DNA of 64,000 nt from Candidatus Limnocylindria bacterium (GCA_035489815.1 DATHJH010000018.1:3027-67026), one strand, 5' to 3'. Positions 9,115 to 17,539 are shown, counted from the stretch's first letter. Numbers and translations are program-made. Notes: a model not told the origin generated them from the letters alone.

Positions 9115-9240
9115 TGACCCACATGCACTTTTTCACCCGTCCCTGTCATTCCCAGCTTGACTGGGAATCCAGATAATAGGTAATAACTCTTTTATGCCTT
9201 GACCATGGATGTGGTAGGGCAAGAAAGTGCATGTGGGTCA
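9115..9240. repeat. Perfect 17-bp inverted repeat enclosing copy 2 of the ATTCCC/GGGAAT hairpin
   Basis: TGACCCACATGCACTTT (9115-9131) and AAAGTGCATGTGGGTCA (9224-9240). Inner hairpin is ATTCCCAG (9147-9154) / CTGGGAAT (9160-9167). Confidence 0.85.
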
Positions 9241-9283
9241 GGGATGCTGCTAAGGCCGATAGCCGGTGTGCTATGATGAGCCT

Positions 9284-9769
9284 ATGAATGCGCTTATCCT
9301 ACTGGGGGCCATAGCCGGGGTTCCGGTGCTGCTGGCGCTGGTGTTCCGGGTAAGTGCAATTTTTCTTTTCCTCAGCGTTGCGGCGGGTAGTTTGTTGGTG
9401 ACGTATGTTGGTGACGATGCTGCCCTGGCCCTGGGTATGGTGGTTCGGGGACAGAACACGACACTCATCACGCAGTTTGCACTGTTACTTGTACCGGTGG
9501 GGATGAGCCTGCTTTTCCTCCGTAAATCACTACCCAGGTCAAAGGTCATTTTTCATGTGCCGGTGTTGGTGGCAACGGGCGCGGCTCTGGCTGTACTGGC
9601 TCTGCCCTTTTTAGACAGCAACGCCCAGCAGCAGCTGTTCAGCACCCGCTACGGAAACGTCTTTAAGGACGCCCAGGACGTAGTAGTAGCTGCGGCAGCC
9701 TTCATGGCCCTGGTCCTGATGTGGCTGGCCTCCGGGCCCAAAGAAGACAAACACAAAAAACACCATTGA
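9284..9769 (+). CDS. Integral membrane protein (about 5 TM)
   Basis: Hydrophobic segments throughout with a KKHH C-terminal tail. Start taken as the ATG at 9284. Confidence 0.5.
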   Translation: MNALILLGAIAGVPVLLALVFRVSAIFLFLSVAAGSLLVTYVGDDAALALGMVVRGQNTTLITQFALLLVPVGMSLLFLRKSLPRSKVIFHVPVLVATGAALAVLALPFLDSNAQQQLFSTRYGNVFKDAQDVVVAAAAFMALVLMWLASGPKEDKHKKHH

Positions 9770-9787
9770 ACCCATTGAAGTACGCAG

Positions 9788-10822
9788 CTACCGGGTGTTC
9801 GTAATCGTGTATTGCTGGCGCAGGCTGACATAAGCGCTCCACAAGAACGTGACCAGCACCGCCAGCATGATCAGTACAACTTGGGTCAACGGCATGGGCT
9901 CGCTGCTGCTCATTAACGCCAATACCAGCAATACCAGTTGTGCGGTATTGACTCGTCCTATAGGAGCCAGTAAAGGTCTCTGTTCTTTCCACTGGGTAGT
10001 CTTGGCTAGTTCGTTAAACAAGACCAGGTTCACGCCGGCAAGAAAGATAACGGGCAGTGCCACAAAAGGAACGGGTGTATCCGAAATTTGTACGCAGACG
10101 ATAGTAATACCCAGGGCATAGACTGTCAACGCGGCTTTTGCCACGGTATCTACTGAATGACGCAGCAGGAAGGTCAGTTTTCCGTGTTTTTTGTCTCCAT
10201 CCACGTCCCGAAAGTCTTTCAGCATGACACGCGAGCAAAATAATAGATACAACGCGGCAAGAATACCAAGGCTCGCTGCATCAATGGATCCCGAAAACGC
10301 TATCAGGCCAAGGCTGTATGGAAAGGCGACGTAACCCAGCGGCAGCAATGCTTGAGCCAGTCCGCCCCGGTAAGATATTCGTACCGGTGGCATGGAATAT
10401 ATCCAGTTCAGAAAAACAGTTGCCAGCATGACAGCGCCCGCAGTCCAGGTAATAGCGTATCCGGCCATGACACCGGTGAGTGCGGCCAGGACGGCTACCC
10501 GCCAGACAGTTTTTTTGGATGCGTTGCCAGTAACAAGCGGACGGTCCTTGTCGTGCTTGAGATTGATTTGATCAATCTCATAATCTGCCAGGTCGTTGAT
10601 GGCTGTGCCGTTTATGTACCACATGGCGATACATACCAGGCATAGGCCCAGCTCAAGCAAGTGACCGGTTATCAGCTTGCCGATCGGGGTGCCCGAGTTA
10701 CTGGCGACTACGCTGGCGGCAATGACTAATTGCAGGCAGACGATGGTGTAGGTGGGTACTCGTAGCAGGCCGCGGATTGTTTGCAACAAGGGGTGTTTTG
10801 CAAACCAGGTTAATGAACCCAT
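9788..10822 (-). CDS. UbiA-family prenyltransferase
   Basis: Multi-TM protein with Asp-rich motifs NDLADYEIDQINLKHDKDRPLVTG and DFRDVDGDKKHGKLTF. Start set at MGSLTWF (10822). Confidence 0.8.
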   Translation of the reverse strand: MGSLTWFAKHPLLQTIRGLLRVPTYTIVCLQLVIAASVVASNSGTPIGKLITGHLLELGLCLVCIAMWYINGTAINDLADYEIDQINLKHDKDRPLVTGNASKKTVWRVAVLAALTGVMAGYAITWTAGAVMLATVFLNWIYSMPPVRISYRGGLAQALLPLGYVAFPYSLGLIAFSGSIDAASLGILAALYLLFCSRVMLKDFRDVDGDKKHGKLTFLLRHSVDTVAKAALTVYALGITIVCVQISDTPVPFVALPVIFLAGVNLVLFNELAKTTQWKEQRPLLAPIGRVNTAQLVLLVLALMSSSEPMPLTQVVLIMLAVLVTFLWSAYVSLRQQYTITNTR

Positions 10823-11082
10823 TTCAAAATCCCACTCCAGCCTCAATCCATTCTGGCGGCACAACGGGGTCCCCACGAAACTTGTTTCGTGGGGTATACG
10901 CGCTTTGTCCGTTTCGCTTCGAGATCGTGGCCTTTTTTGGCAGTGCAGCGAGCTTAGCTCGCTGGCAGGCCAAAAAAGAGACCATGTCAGCGTATCTTCG
11001 GATACGCTTTGTCGCGAGAACGAACAAATCGTACTCGCCAGAATGCCCTTCGCTTAACAGACTGGGGTTTTGAAATGGGTTC
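10815..11082. repeat. Long (268-nt) multi-hairpin palindromic intergenic element (H2)
   Basis: Terminal arms GAACCCATTTCAAAATCCC (10815-10833) and GGGGTTTTGAAATGGGTTC (11064-11082) with 1 mismatch. Nested stems include ATTCTGGCG/CGCCAGAAT, CCCCACGAAAC/GTTTCGTGGGG, CAGCGAGC/GCTCGCTG and AGCGTATC/GATACGCT. Confidence 0.8.
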
Positions 11083-11551
11083 AATAGCACTTCGATGAAC
11101 CCGACAGTTCACAGGAGCGTACGCTCAAATAGATAGATGCAATGAAGATGGCAATCGCCAAAGATCCAAAAACCCCCACAAAGGCCAGTATGCCCAGGAA
11201 CAATGCTTTGATCGTGAGCACGGCGGGCTGTTGCGGTTGCTTGTTGGACTGCTTTACCCGTACAACGGTATTGCGGGCAGCCAATATACCAATGACAAAC
11301 GCTGCCAACCCACCGCCATAGAAGAAGATAGGGGCCGTTATTTGTATCAGTGCATAACTTGGTATGAGGTAGCTCATGGTGAATAGGCTGGCGCCGGCAA
11401 TAACCACGAAAAAGTAGGCCTTTTTGATACTGATCATGCGGCGTACAGGCGGCTGTCCGGCTGGCTGGGGCTGTTCTGGCTGAGCGGGTTCCGCTGGCAG
11501 ATTGGCTTGGGTCTCATCCGGTTGATACTGCGGATTACTCGGATCGGTCAT
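11081..11551 (-). CDS. Membrane protein with Pro/Gln-rich N-terminus
   Basis: 156-aa ORF with 3-4 hydrophobic segments after a PQ-rich region. Confidence 0.5.
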   Translation of the reverse strand: MTDPSNPQYQPDETQANLPAEPAQPEQPQPAGQPPVRRMISIKKAYFFVVIAGASLFTMSYLIPSYALIQITAPIFFYGGGLAAFVIGILAARNTVVRVKQSNKQPQQPAVLTIKALFLGILAFVGVFGSLAIAIFIASIYLSVRSCELSGSSKCY

Positions 11552-11579
11552 AGGGCTATTCTAGCATCAAACGACAGGG

Positions 11580-12137
11580 TTAAAAATCTTCCTGGATGGC
11601 TTGCTGTATCTCCGTGATTGTTTTTGTCAGGTTCGTGTTCTTGAAACTCCTCGCGGCAATGGTATTGCCAAGCTGAACTTCTTTGTCGTAGTCCCCGTAC
11701 CTGCTGCCGGACTGCTCGCCAGTCGTCTCGCGCTGTTTTAGCCGTTCTGCTACGACATGTTTATCGTCGTAAATCTGGTAGATGACATGTTTGGGATAGT
11801 AGTGTGCAAATTGTTTAACGAGAGGGGCTCTTAACAGCACGGTTGTAATGCTGTCAGTCTGCTGCCGCAAGGCAGGCAGCCCATACCAATACGGCAGCCC
11901 GAACATTTGTATCGTTCCCAGGAAGTCACCATTTTGCTGCTTTTGCTGGAACACTTCATTTGATACGAATACGTGTTCGAGTGATTCTGCGGCTTCATTG
12001 GGCCGGGGCGGCCTGGTTGTCCAGGTAGGTTCAACCACAATGATGTTTTCTAAAACAAGCTGCCTGAGGATGGTAGATTTCCCCGCTCCTGATGGGCCGA
12101 TGATGACTAACGGTATCCGGGAATTCCGCTTGCTCAC
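11580..12137 (-). CDS. Guanylate kinase-like P-loop kinase
   Basis: IIGPSGAGKST Walker A followed by TWTTRPPRPNE...HVFVSNEVF, the pattern of the GMP-kinase family. Confidence 0.7.
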   Translation of the reverse strand: MSKRNSRIPLVIIGPSGAGKSTILRQLVLENIIVVEPTWTTRPPRPNEAAESLEHVFVSNEVFQQKQQNGDFLGTIQMFGLPYWYGLPALRQQTDSITTVLLRAPLVKQFAHYYPKHVIYQIYDDKHVVAERLKQRETTGEQSGSRYGDYDKEVQLGNTIAARSFKNTNLTKTITEIQQAIQEDF

Positions 12138-12775
12138 GTAACCGTCCCTTGTAGTAAAGCTGTCGCAATCACAGGTATAACAAGATTGTCAGTTCCATAG
12201 CTTAGCTGTGACTCTATGAGCGTAAGGATCAGGCTGGCCGCCAGCAGTTTGGCACCATTAGTCAGCGTTGGGTCAAAATACGCTACCAGGAACAAGCCGC
12301 CAACAATGAGCGTTACTGCGCAGAACGCCAGGCTGCCAACATATGATTTTTTGCCAGTGCCAAACCACGGCTTATACCTTTTGTGGCCGTACTTTGTGCC
12401 AAAGATGCCAGCCGCGGCATCTGCCAGACCCATAACCATTATTCCAAATGCGTACGCTGGGTTGGAATTGGCTACTAACGCCGTGCTGGCGACGCCGGCC
12501 GGGAATAAAATTTCACCTAAGCTCGTTCTGTTTACATCATAAAGCGCCCCAACCAACCTTTTTCGGCGTACGACCGCGAGGACGATCACAAAACTCAGGC
12601 CCAAAAATATAATCTGGCTCAGATCCAAAAACCACAGCAGCCCAACTGATGCGAAAGCACCCAGTATATGGACTGTCTTTCTGGCGAGCTCGCGCTTGAG
12701 TCCAGCCTTTTTGTACAGTGCTTCGCCAAGAAGCAGGGGCAAAGATGCAAGACCAATCGCTAGCAGCCAATTCAT
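12134..12775 (-). CDS. CTP-dependent polyprenol/phytol/dolichol kinase-like membrane protein (CdsA superfamily)
   Basis: Multi-TM protein with GLADAAAGIFGTKYGHKRY motif. Has a 4-nt overlap with the downstream kinase gene. Confidence 0.55.
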   Translation of the reverse strand: MNWLLAIGLASLPLLLGEALYKKAGLKRELARKTVHILGAFASVGLLWFLDLSQIIFLGLSFVIVLAVVRRKRLVGALYDVNRTSLGEILFPAGVASTALVANSNPAYAFGIMVMGLADAAAGIFGTKYGHKRYKPWFGTGKKSYVGSLAFCAVTLIVGGLFLVAYFDPTLTNGAKLLAASLILTLIESQLSYGTDNLVIPVIATALLQGTVT

Positions 12776-12871
12776 TAACCTAAAGTGTAGCAGAGTTTCA
12801 GGAGATGAGTTCTAGAACCCCACCCCACCTACCCCTACAGGTCTGACCGAAGGCTTAGGTGGAGTGGGGTG

Positions 12872-13609
12872 CTAGGCTTCCTGGCGGCGGATGGTGAGGG
12901 CGCCCAGCACTAAGACGCCGATAACGTAAACGCTGACAATGGCAACGTCTTGCAGGAACTCACTTGTCCAGCCGGTGTGAAGAGTAACTTGCTTCATTGC
13001 ATCCACGCTATAAGTCATAGGCAAGACATTGGCCAGCCATTGCAGAGGACGAGCCATGTCCGCGCGGGCTGCAAATAAGCCGCACAGCAGCAGTTGGGGC
13101 AACACAAACGCGGGCATAAACTGTACGGCCTGGAACTCTGAACTGGCAAAGGCGCTGACAAACAGCCCCAGCGCCGTGCCAAGCATGGCTGCGATCAGAG
13201 CGGCCAGAACAACTTGCAACGTACTGCCGGCTACAGGTACATCCAGAAAGCCGAGCAATACCACGCAGGCCAGGGCGACTTGTGTAAGTGCAAGTAAAGA
13301 AAAGGCCAACATGTAGCCTAATACCAGATCAGCTTTACTAATCGGCATGGTCATCAGCCGGTCCAGCGTGCCGGTCCGGCGTTCGCGCAGCATGGCGACG
13401 GAGGTCACGATGAACATAATGATGAGCGGAAAGATGCCCAAAAACTGCGGAGCTATAGCCTGAAAAACCGGCTGCTGGTTCTGGAACACAAAGCGGAATA
13501 TAGTGAGCAAAATAGAAGGTATAAAAATAATAAGTGCCAGTGTACGGTGATCGTGCCGCAGCTGGCTGAGGATGCGCCAGGCAGTACTCAGGGTCTTGGT
13601 TGCGCTCAT
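12872..13609 (-). CDS. ABC-2 type transporter permease
   Basis: Six-TM pattern. Start placed at MSATKTL (13609), giving an ATGA overlap with the upstream ATPase stop. Confidence 0.8.
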   Translation of the reverse strand: MSATKTLSTAWRILSQLRHDHRTLALIIFIPSILLTIFRFVFQNQQPVFQAIAPQFLGIFPLIIMFIVTSVAMLRERRTGTLDRLMTMPISKADLVLGYMLAFSLLALTQVALACVVLLGFLDVPVAGSTLQVVLAALIAAMLGTALGLFVSAFASSEFQAVQFMPAFVLPQLLLCGLFAARADMARPLQWLANVLPMTYSVDAMKQVTLHTGWTSEFLQDVAIVSVYVIGVLVLGALTIRRQEA

Positions 13610-14313
13610 GATTGGCCCACCAGTTTCAAAAAGCTTTCCTCTACGGTTTTGCTGCCAGTCCGGCGGCGTAGTTCCGCGGGCGTGTCCTGCGCCAGCAACT
13701 GACCGTTTCTGATCAACAGCAGTTCGTCGCAGCGCTCGGCTTCGTCCATGACGTGGCTGGAAATCAGGAGCGTGGTACCGGCCCGGGCGAGTTCGCCAAA
13801 CAGTTCCCATAGTTGCTGGCGCAAGACCGGGTCTACGCCGACCGTTGGTTCGTCGAGGGCTAAAAATGGAGCCTTATTCAGTAGGGCACTAGCCAGCGAC
13901 AAGCGCGACTGCTCGCCGCCAGAAAGAGTGCTGACCAGTTGTTTGGCCTTGGACTGCAGGTGGACTTCGGCCAATACTTCACCTATCCGCCCCTTGGGCG
14001 CGTCGGTCATGACGGCAAAATAGCGCAGGTTTTCTGCCACTGTCAGGTCAGGATAGATTGCCACGCCTTGGGTCATATAGCCTATGTCTTTGCGCAGTGC
14101 AGCAGCGCCCGCCGGCTGGTCAAGAACTTCCACGCTCCCGCTGGTGATCTTTTGCCGTCCGGCAATAGTGCGGATGAGGGTCGTTTTGCCTGCGCCAGAG
14201 GGGCCCAGCAGACCAATGATCCTGCCAGGCGTAAGTTGAAGTGATATATCCCGGAGGATGTCTTTGCCGTCCTTGACCACGGTCAAGTTTTTGATAGATA
14301 TCACGGCCGCCAT
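13606..14313 (-). CDS. ABC transporter ATP-binding protein
   Basis: Walker A GPSGAGKTT, signature LSGGEQSRLSLA, Walker B FLALDEPT. Confidence 0.92.
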   Translation of the reverse strand: MAAVISIKNLTVVKDGKDILRDISLQLTPGRIIGLLGPSGAGKTTLIRTIAGRQKITSGSVEVLDQPAGAAALRKDIGYMTQGVAIYPDLTVAENLRYFAVMTDAPKGRIGEVLAEVHLQSKAKQLVSTLSGGEQSRLSLASALLNKAPFLALDEPTVGVDPVLRQQLWELFGELARAGTTLLISSHVMDEAERCDELLLIRNGQLLAQDTPAELRRRTGSKTVEESFLKLVGQS

Positions 14314-14427
14314 AGATTAATAGTACCAGAGTCGGGCACTTACCCCGGTTTGTTATAACCGCTGTGGTTCATTTCCGTCGACCAAGCAAAGCAAGTTTTT
14401 GCTTCGACGAGCCCCGCGCAGCCCAGT

Positions 14428-14613
14428 GGATTCGAGCTCTTAGAACCCATCCAGGATCTCTTCCTCTGACTCCGACCAGTTTTCGCATGCAATCCAACTG
14501 CCTTTTGCTCCGAAAGGTACCTACAGGTACCTTTCAAATCAAAAAACAGCCGGCTTACACCCGAAAACTACTCTCGGCAAGGAGAAAAGATCCTGGATGG
14601 GTTCTTAGAATCC
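14428..14613. repeat. Long nested palindromic intergenic element (H3)
   Basis: Perfect 18-bp arms AGAACCCATCCAGGATCT (14442-14459) and reverse complement (14588-14605). Inner stem AGTTTTCG (14478-14485) / CGAAAACT (14562-14569). Apical perfect hairpin GAAAGGTACC-TACA-GGTACCTTTC (14512-14535). Confidence 0.85.
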
Positions 14614-14636
14614 ATTCCGCTTATACTATAAAAACA

Positions 14637-15089
14637 ATGACTAAGAACATTCATCCACTAAGCCAAAAGGAGTTTAATGCAATTTACTCAAAAGTCCCTC
14701 GTTTAACAATAGAGATTATTGTCAGGAACGAAAAAGACGCAATCTATTTAACAAAACGCGCGATACAGCCCTGCAAGGGTCAATGGCATCTGCCTGGCGG
14801 AACAGTTCATTTTGGTGAACCGATGATTGACGCCGTAAAACGCATTGCTCTGAGAGAGCTGGGAATTGAAGTAAAGGATGTTAAGAGCAAGAGTTATATT
14901 GAGTATCCAAGTCATTTCAAAAATGGACTAGACTCACCTGTCGGAATTGTTTTTGAGGTGACCAGGCATGCCGGTGCCTTAAACACAAACGAAGAATCAG
15001 AAAGTGGCGGCTGGTTTAAAAAGCTACCAGAAAATATGCATGCCGATCAAGACGAGTTCCTACTGCGAAACGGCTACTTGCATCAATAA
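14637..15089 (+). CDS. NUDIX hydrolase
   Basis: Nudix box GGTVHFGEPMIDAVKRIALRELGIE. Start at the ATG at 14637, because the upstream part of ORF 14364-15089 overlaps the palindromic element. Confidence 0.85.
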   Translation: MTKNIHPLSQKEFNAIYSKVPRLTIEIIVRNEKDAIYLTKRAIQPCKGQWHLPGGTVHFGEPMIDAVKRIALRELGIEVKDVKSKSYIEYPSHFKNGLDSPVGIVFEVTRHAGALNTNEESESGGWFKKLPENMHADQDEFLLRNGYLHQ

Positions 15090-15125
15090 TCTGGTACGAG
15101 CCTCTTAATAATAGATGCCGTACCA

Positions 15126-15575
15126 ATGAAGCGTCCGCCACTTAGCGGGGCTGCCTTGCAGACAGGGCCAAACACTCCTAGAATGAGGTCAGAGGAGCTT
15201 ACTATGATGGCAGATGCTGGTTCGGAGTTGTGGGTTGGGATTATCCAGGGCGAAATTGATGAAGCAGAAACGACAGGCGTCCAAATAATGCCTTTGGGTG
15301 ACGGCGCAGAGCTGCGGCTTCAACCTTTTTCTGGTTTGGCAGATGACGGACCATTACTGAAGGCTAAACTTGGAGCCATCGGGAATACAGGAGTATGTGC
15401 AGAACTTGGTCGAACAGATGTAACGCTTTATGCAGACCTGGATAGGCTCAGACAGCTGGATAAGCCAAATCGTGTAATCACCCTGCCCGAAGATGCTATA
15501 TTTACCTCCCCCGATCGAACCGGTCCTCTGTTTGCATGTATTACCGTTCATGTGGCCGCTGAATATCAGGCCTGA
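15126..15575 (+). CDS. Hypothetical protein
   Basis: 149-aa ORF ending 5 nt before the NADAR gene. No motif recognised and the start is uncertain. Confidence 0.35.
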   Translation: MKRPPLSGAALQTGPNTPRMRSEELTMMADAGSELWVGIIQGEIDEAETTGVQIMPLGDGAELRLQPFSGLADDGPLLKAKLGAIGNTGVCAELGRTDVTLYADLDRLRQLDKPNRVITLPEDAIFTSPDRTGPLFACITVHVAAEYQA

Positions 15576-15580
15576 TTGCT

Positions 15581-16087
15581 ATGGAACGACCTGCACAATT
15601 TCGTGATCCGGATTTGGACGTTTCCGGGGATAGGATTTGTTTCTATCCCCGGGAGTTTTATGTGTTTGATAACTTTGCGTCGTTTCAAGTGGACTACATG
15701 GGCCGCAGGTGGGCTACCTCCGAGCATGCTTACCAGGCATCCCATTTCTTTGATACCGCACCTCAAGTTGCAGAAGCAATTTTTGAAGCTCGTTCAGCCC
15801 ACGACGCATATAAACTAGCCCGGGCACATGTGGACAAAGTGCCTGAAGATTGGGAAGATCGCAAGGCAGAGGTCATGTATGGGATTTGTAGATTGAAGCT
15901 GGCTCAGAATCCGTATGTCTGGCAGAAGCTGTTGGAGACCGGCGATCTGGACATCGTAGAAGATTCAACCAAAGATGCTTTCTGGGGGTGGGGCCCAAAT
16001 AGGGACGGCCGCAACGAGCTGGGCAAGATCTGGATGCGCTTGCGCGGCCAGGTGCGCTCCGGCGAGGTCACGGAGCTCGAAACATAG
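15581..16087 (+). CDS. NADAR (YbiA/DUF1768) family protein
   Basis: FYPREFYVFDNFASF...WATSEHAYQASHF...DAFWGWG motifs. Confidence 0.8.
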   Translation: MERPAQFRDPDLDVSGDRICFYPREFYVFDNFASFQVDYMGRRWATSEHAYQASHFFDTAPQVAEAIFEARSAHDAYKLARAHVDKVPEDWEDRKAEVMYGICRLKLAQNPYVWQKLLETGDLDIVEDSTKDAFWGWGPNRDGRNELGKIWMRLRGQVRSGEVTELET

Positions 16088-16208
16088 CCCGAAAGCATTA
16101 GAAATACGTTTAATTCATCCATATTTTATAATTTTAGGCTGTTGTTTTTTTAAACATAAGCGTACGATATAATGGTAAATATATAATTTAACCGAAAGGT
16201 TTTAGAGG

Positions 16209-16958
16209 ATGGTGAAAAAATACTTACAAAAAGTAGGGCTGGTGGCTGCCAGCACTGTGTCTATGTCCGGCTTTATGCTGGTCGCCGGAGTAGCACGGGT
16301 AGGTGCGGCCGTAAACACGGGTGACATTGTGAACGGTGCAGTCACAAGCGCAAAGATTGCCAGTGGAGCAGTAGGCACTGCACATCTCATGGGCAATGCC
16401 GTGCGAACGGGCGGTATTGTGAATGGTGGCGTTACCAGCGATGACATCAGCAACGGTACTATTCAGACTCATGATATAGCTGACGACGCGGTGACAAGTG
16501 CTAAGCTGGCAACTAACATTTCAGTCTCTGGTACCGTGACTTCCGGTGGTGCACTTACCGTGACATCCGGTGGTGCTACGGTAACTGCTGGCGGATTTAC
16601 CGTAAACGGTGGTCTGGCCCGATTTGGTACGACGACTCCAGTTCACCTGGCATCAAGCCAGACAACTGCTCCAACCGCAGCTGTTTCCGTAACTGGACTG
16701 TCTGCAGCCGCTGTAGCTGGCTCTGACACAAAGGGTACAATCACCACAACGGGTACGCCTTCTGCAACGGGTACCGTTACGGTTACCTTTAACACGGCTT
16801 ATGCCAGTGCTCCAGTAGTGGTCATCACTCCTGCTAACGCAAGTGGTAACGCTGCGCTTGCTTATGTATCAAGTGCTACTACCGGTACTTTTGTCATCAC
16901 GACAACTGCCGCTACGCCTGGTGCTACGCCTAGCTGGAACTTCCACGCTATCCAGTAG
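16209..16958 (+). CDS. Secreted/surface protein with short tandem repeats
   Basis: Signal-peptide-like N-terminus. Repeats of the form (I)xxGAVTSAKI/GGVTSDDI/DAVTSAKL are followed by T/A/G-rich sequence. Confidence 0.6.
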   Translation: MVKKYLQKVGLVAASTVSMSGFMLVAGVARVGAAVNTGDIVNGAVTSAKIASGAVGTAHLMGNAVRTGGIVNGGVTSDDISNGTIQTHDIADDAVTSAKLATNISVSGTVTSGGALTVTSGGATVTAGGFTVNGGLARFGTTTPVHLASSQTTAPTAAVSVTGLSAAAVAGSDTKGTITTTGTPSATGTVTVTFNTAYASAPVVVITPANASGNAALAYVSSATTGTFVITTTAATPGATPSWNFHAIQ

Positions 16959-16998
16959 ATAGTAAGCAACTGTTTCTCTTTGAGACACGGAAGTAAGA

Positions 16999-17031
16999 AT
17001 AAGGTACTCGTACGAGTACCTTATTTGATTT
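16999..17031 (+). terminator. Rho-independent terminator
   Basis: Perfect palindrome ATAAGGTACTCGTACGAGTACCTTAT followed by TTTGATTT, 40 nt after the stop of the 16209-16958 gene. Confidence 0.7.
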
Positions 17032-17042
17032 ATACTACTTGA

Positions 17043-17453
17043 ATGATTAAAAGGGTTTTTATTGGGGGTTCAATCATTGTTTTGACCGTGCTTGCGGCAA
17101 GCGGCGTCTGGTTTTTTGGCCTCCGGGATAAGCCGGCTGCAAAAGTCGAATCTGCTGTAGATCAATACACTCAGCTGCAAATAGGGCTAAAAGATGGAAA
17201 GCTGACGTCAGAAGCAGCAACCTATCTGGTAAACCCGGGGGTGGGACTGGAATTTACTGTCACCAGCAATAAGTTTGGCAAAGTAAGCGTACCCACCGAA
17301 CCGCCACAGACCATAACTTTTACCCAGAGCCCCCTGGTATTTAAGTTTAAGTCTTCTCATAACCCGGGTAGCTACGCACTTTTATACCAGGCAGCAGACA
17401 GTGCAGAAGCTATTCAGATTGGTACTATTGTGGTAAGGGATACCCAGAAGTAG
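17043..17453 (+). CDS. Membrane-anchored hypothetical protein
   Basis: N-terminal TM (FIGGSIIVLTVLAASGVWFF). No motif recognised. Confidence 0.5.
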   Translation: MIKRVFIGGSIIVLTVLAASGVWFFGLRDKPAAKVESAVDQYTQLQIGLKDGKLTSEAATYLVNPGVGLEFTVTSNKFGKVSVPTEPPQTITFTQSPLVFKFKSSHNPGSYALLYQAADSAEAIQIGTIVVRDTQK

Positions 17454-17539
17454 TGTTTGCTGTTCATGCAGTTAGGGACAGTCAGATGCTGCCCAACTAT
17501 GCTTTCTTTATTATCTAATCCCGATTATACTGCCGGTAC

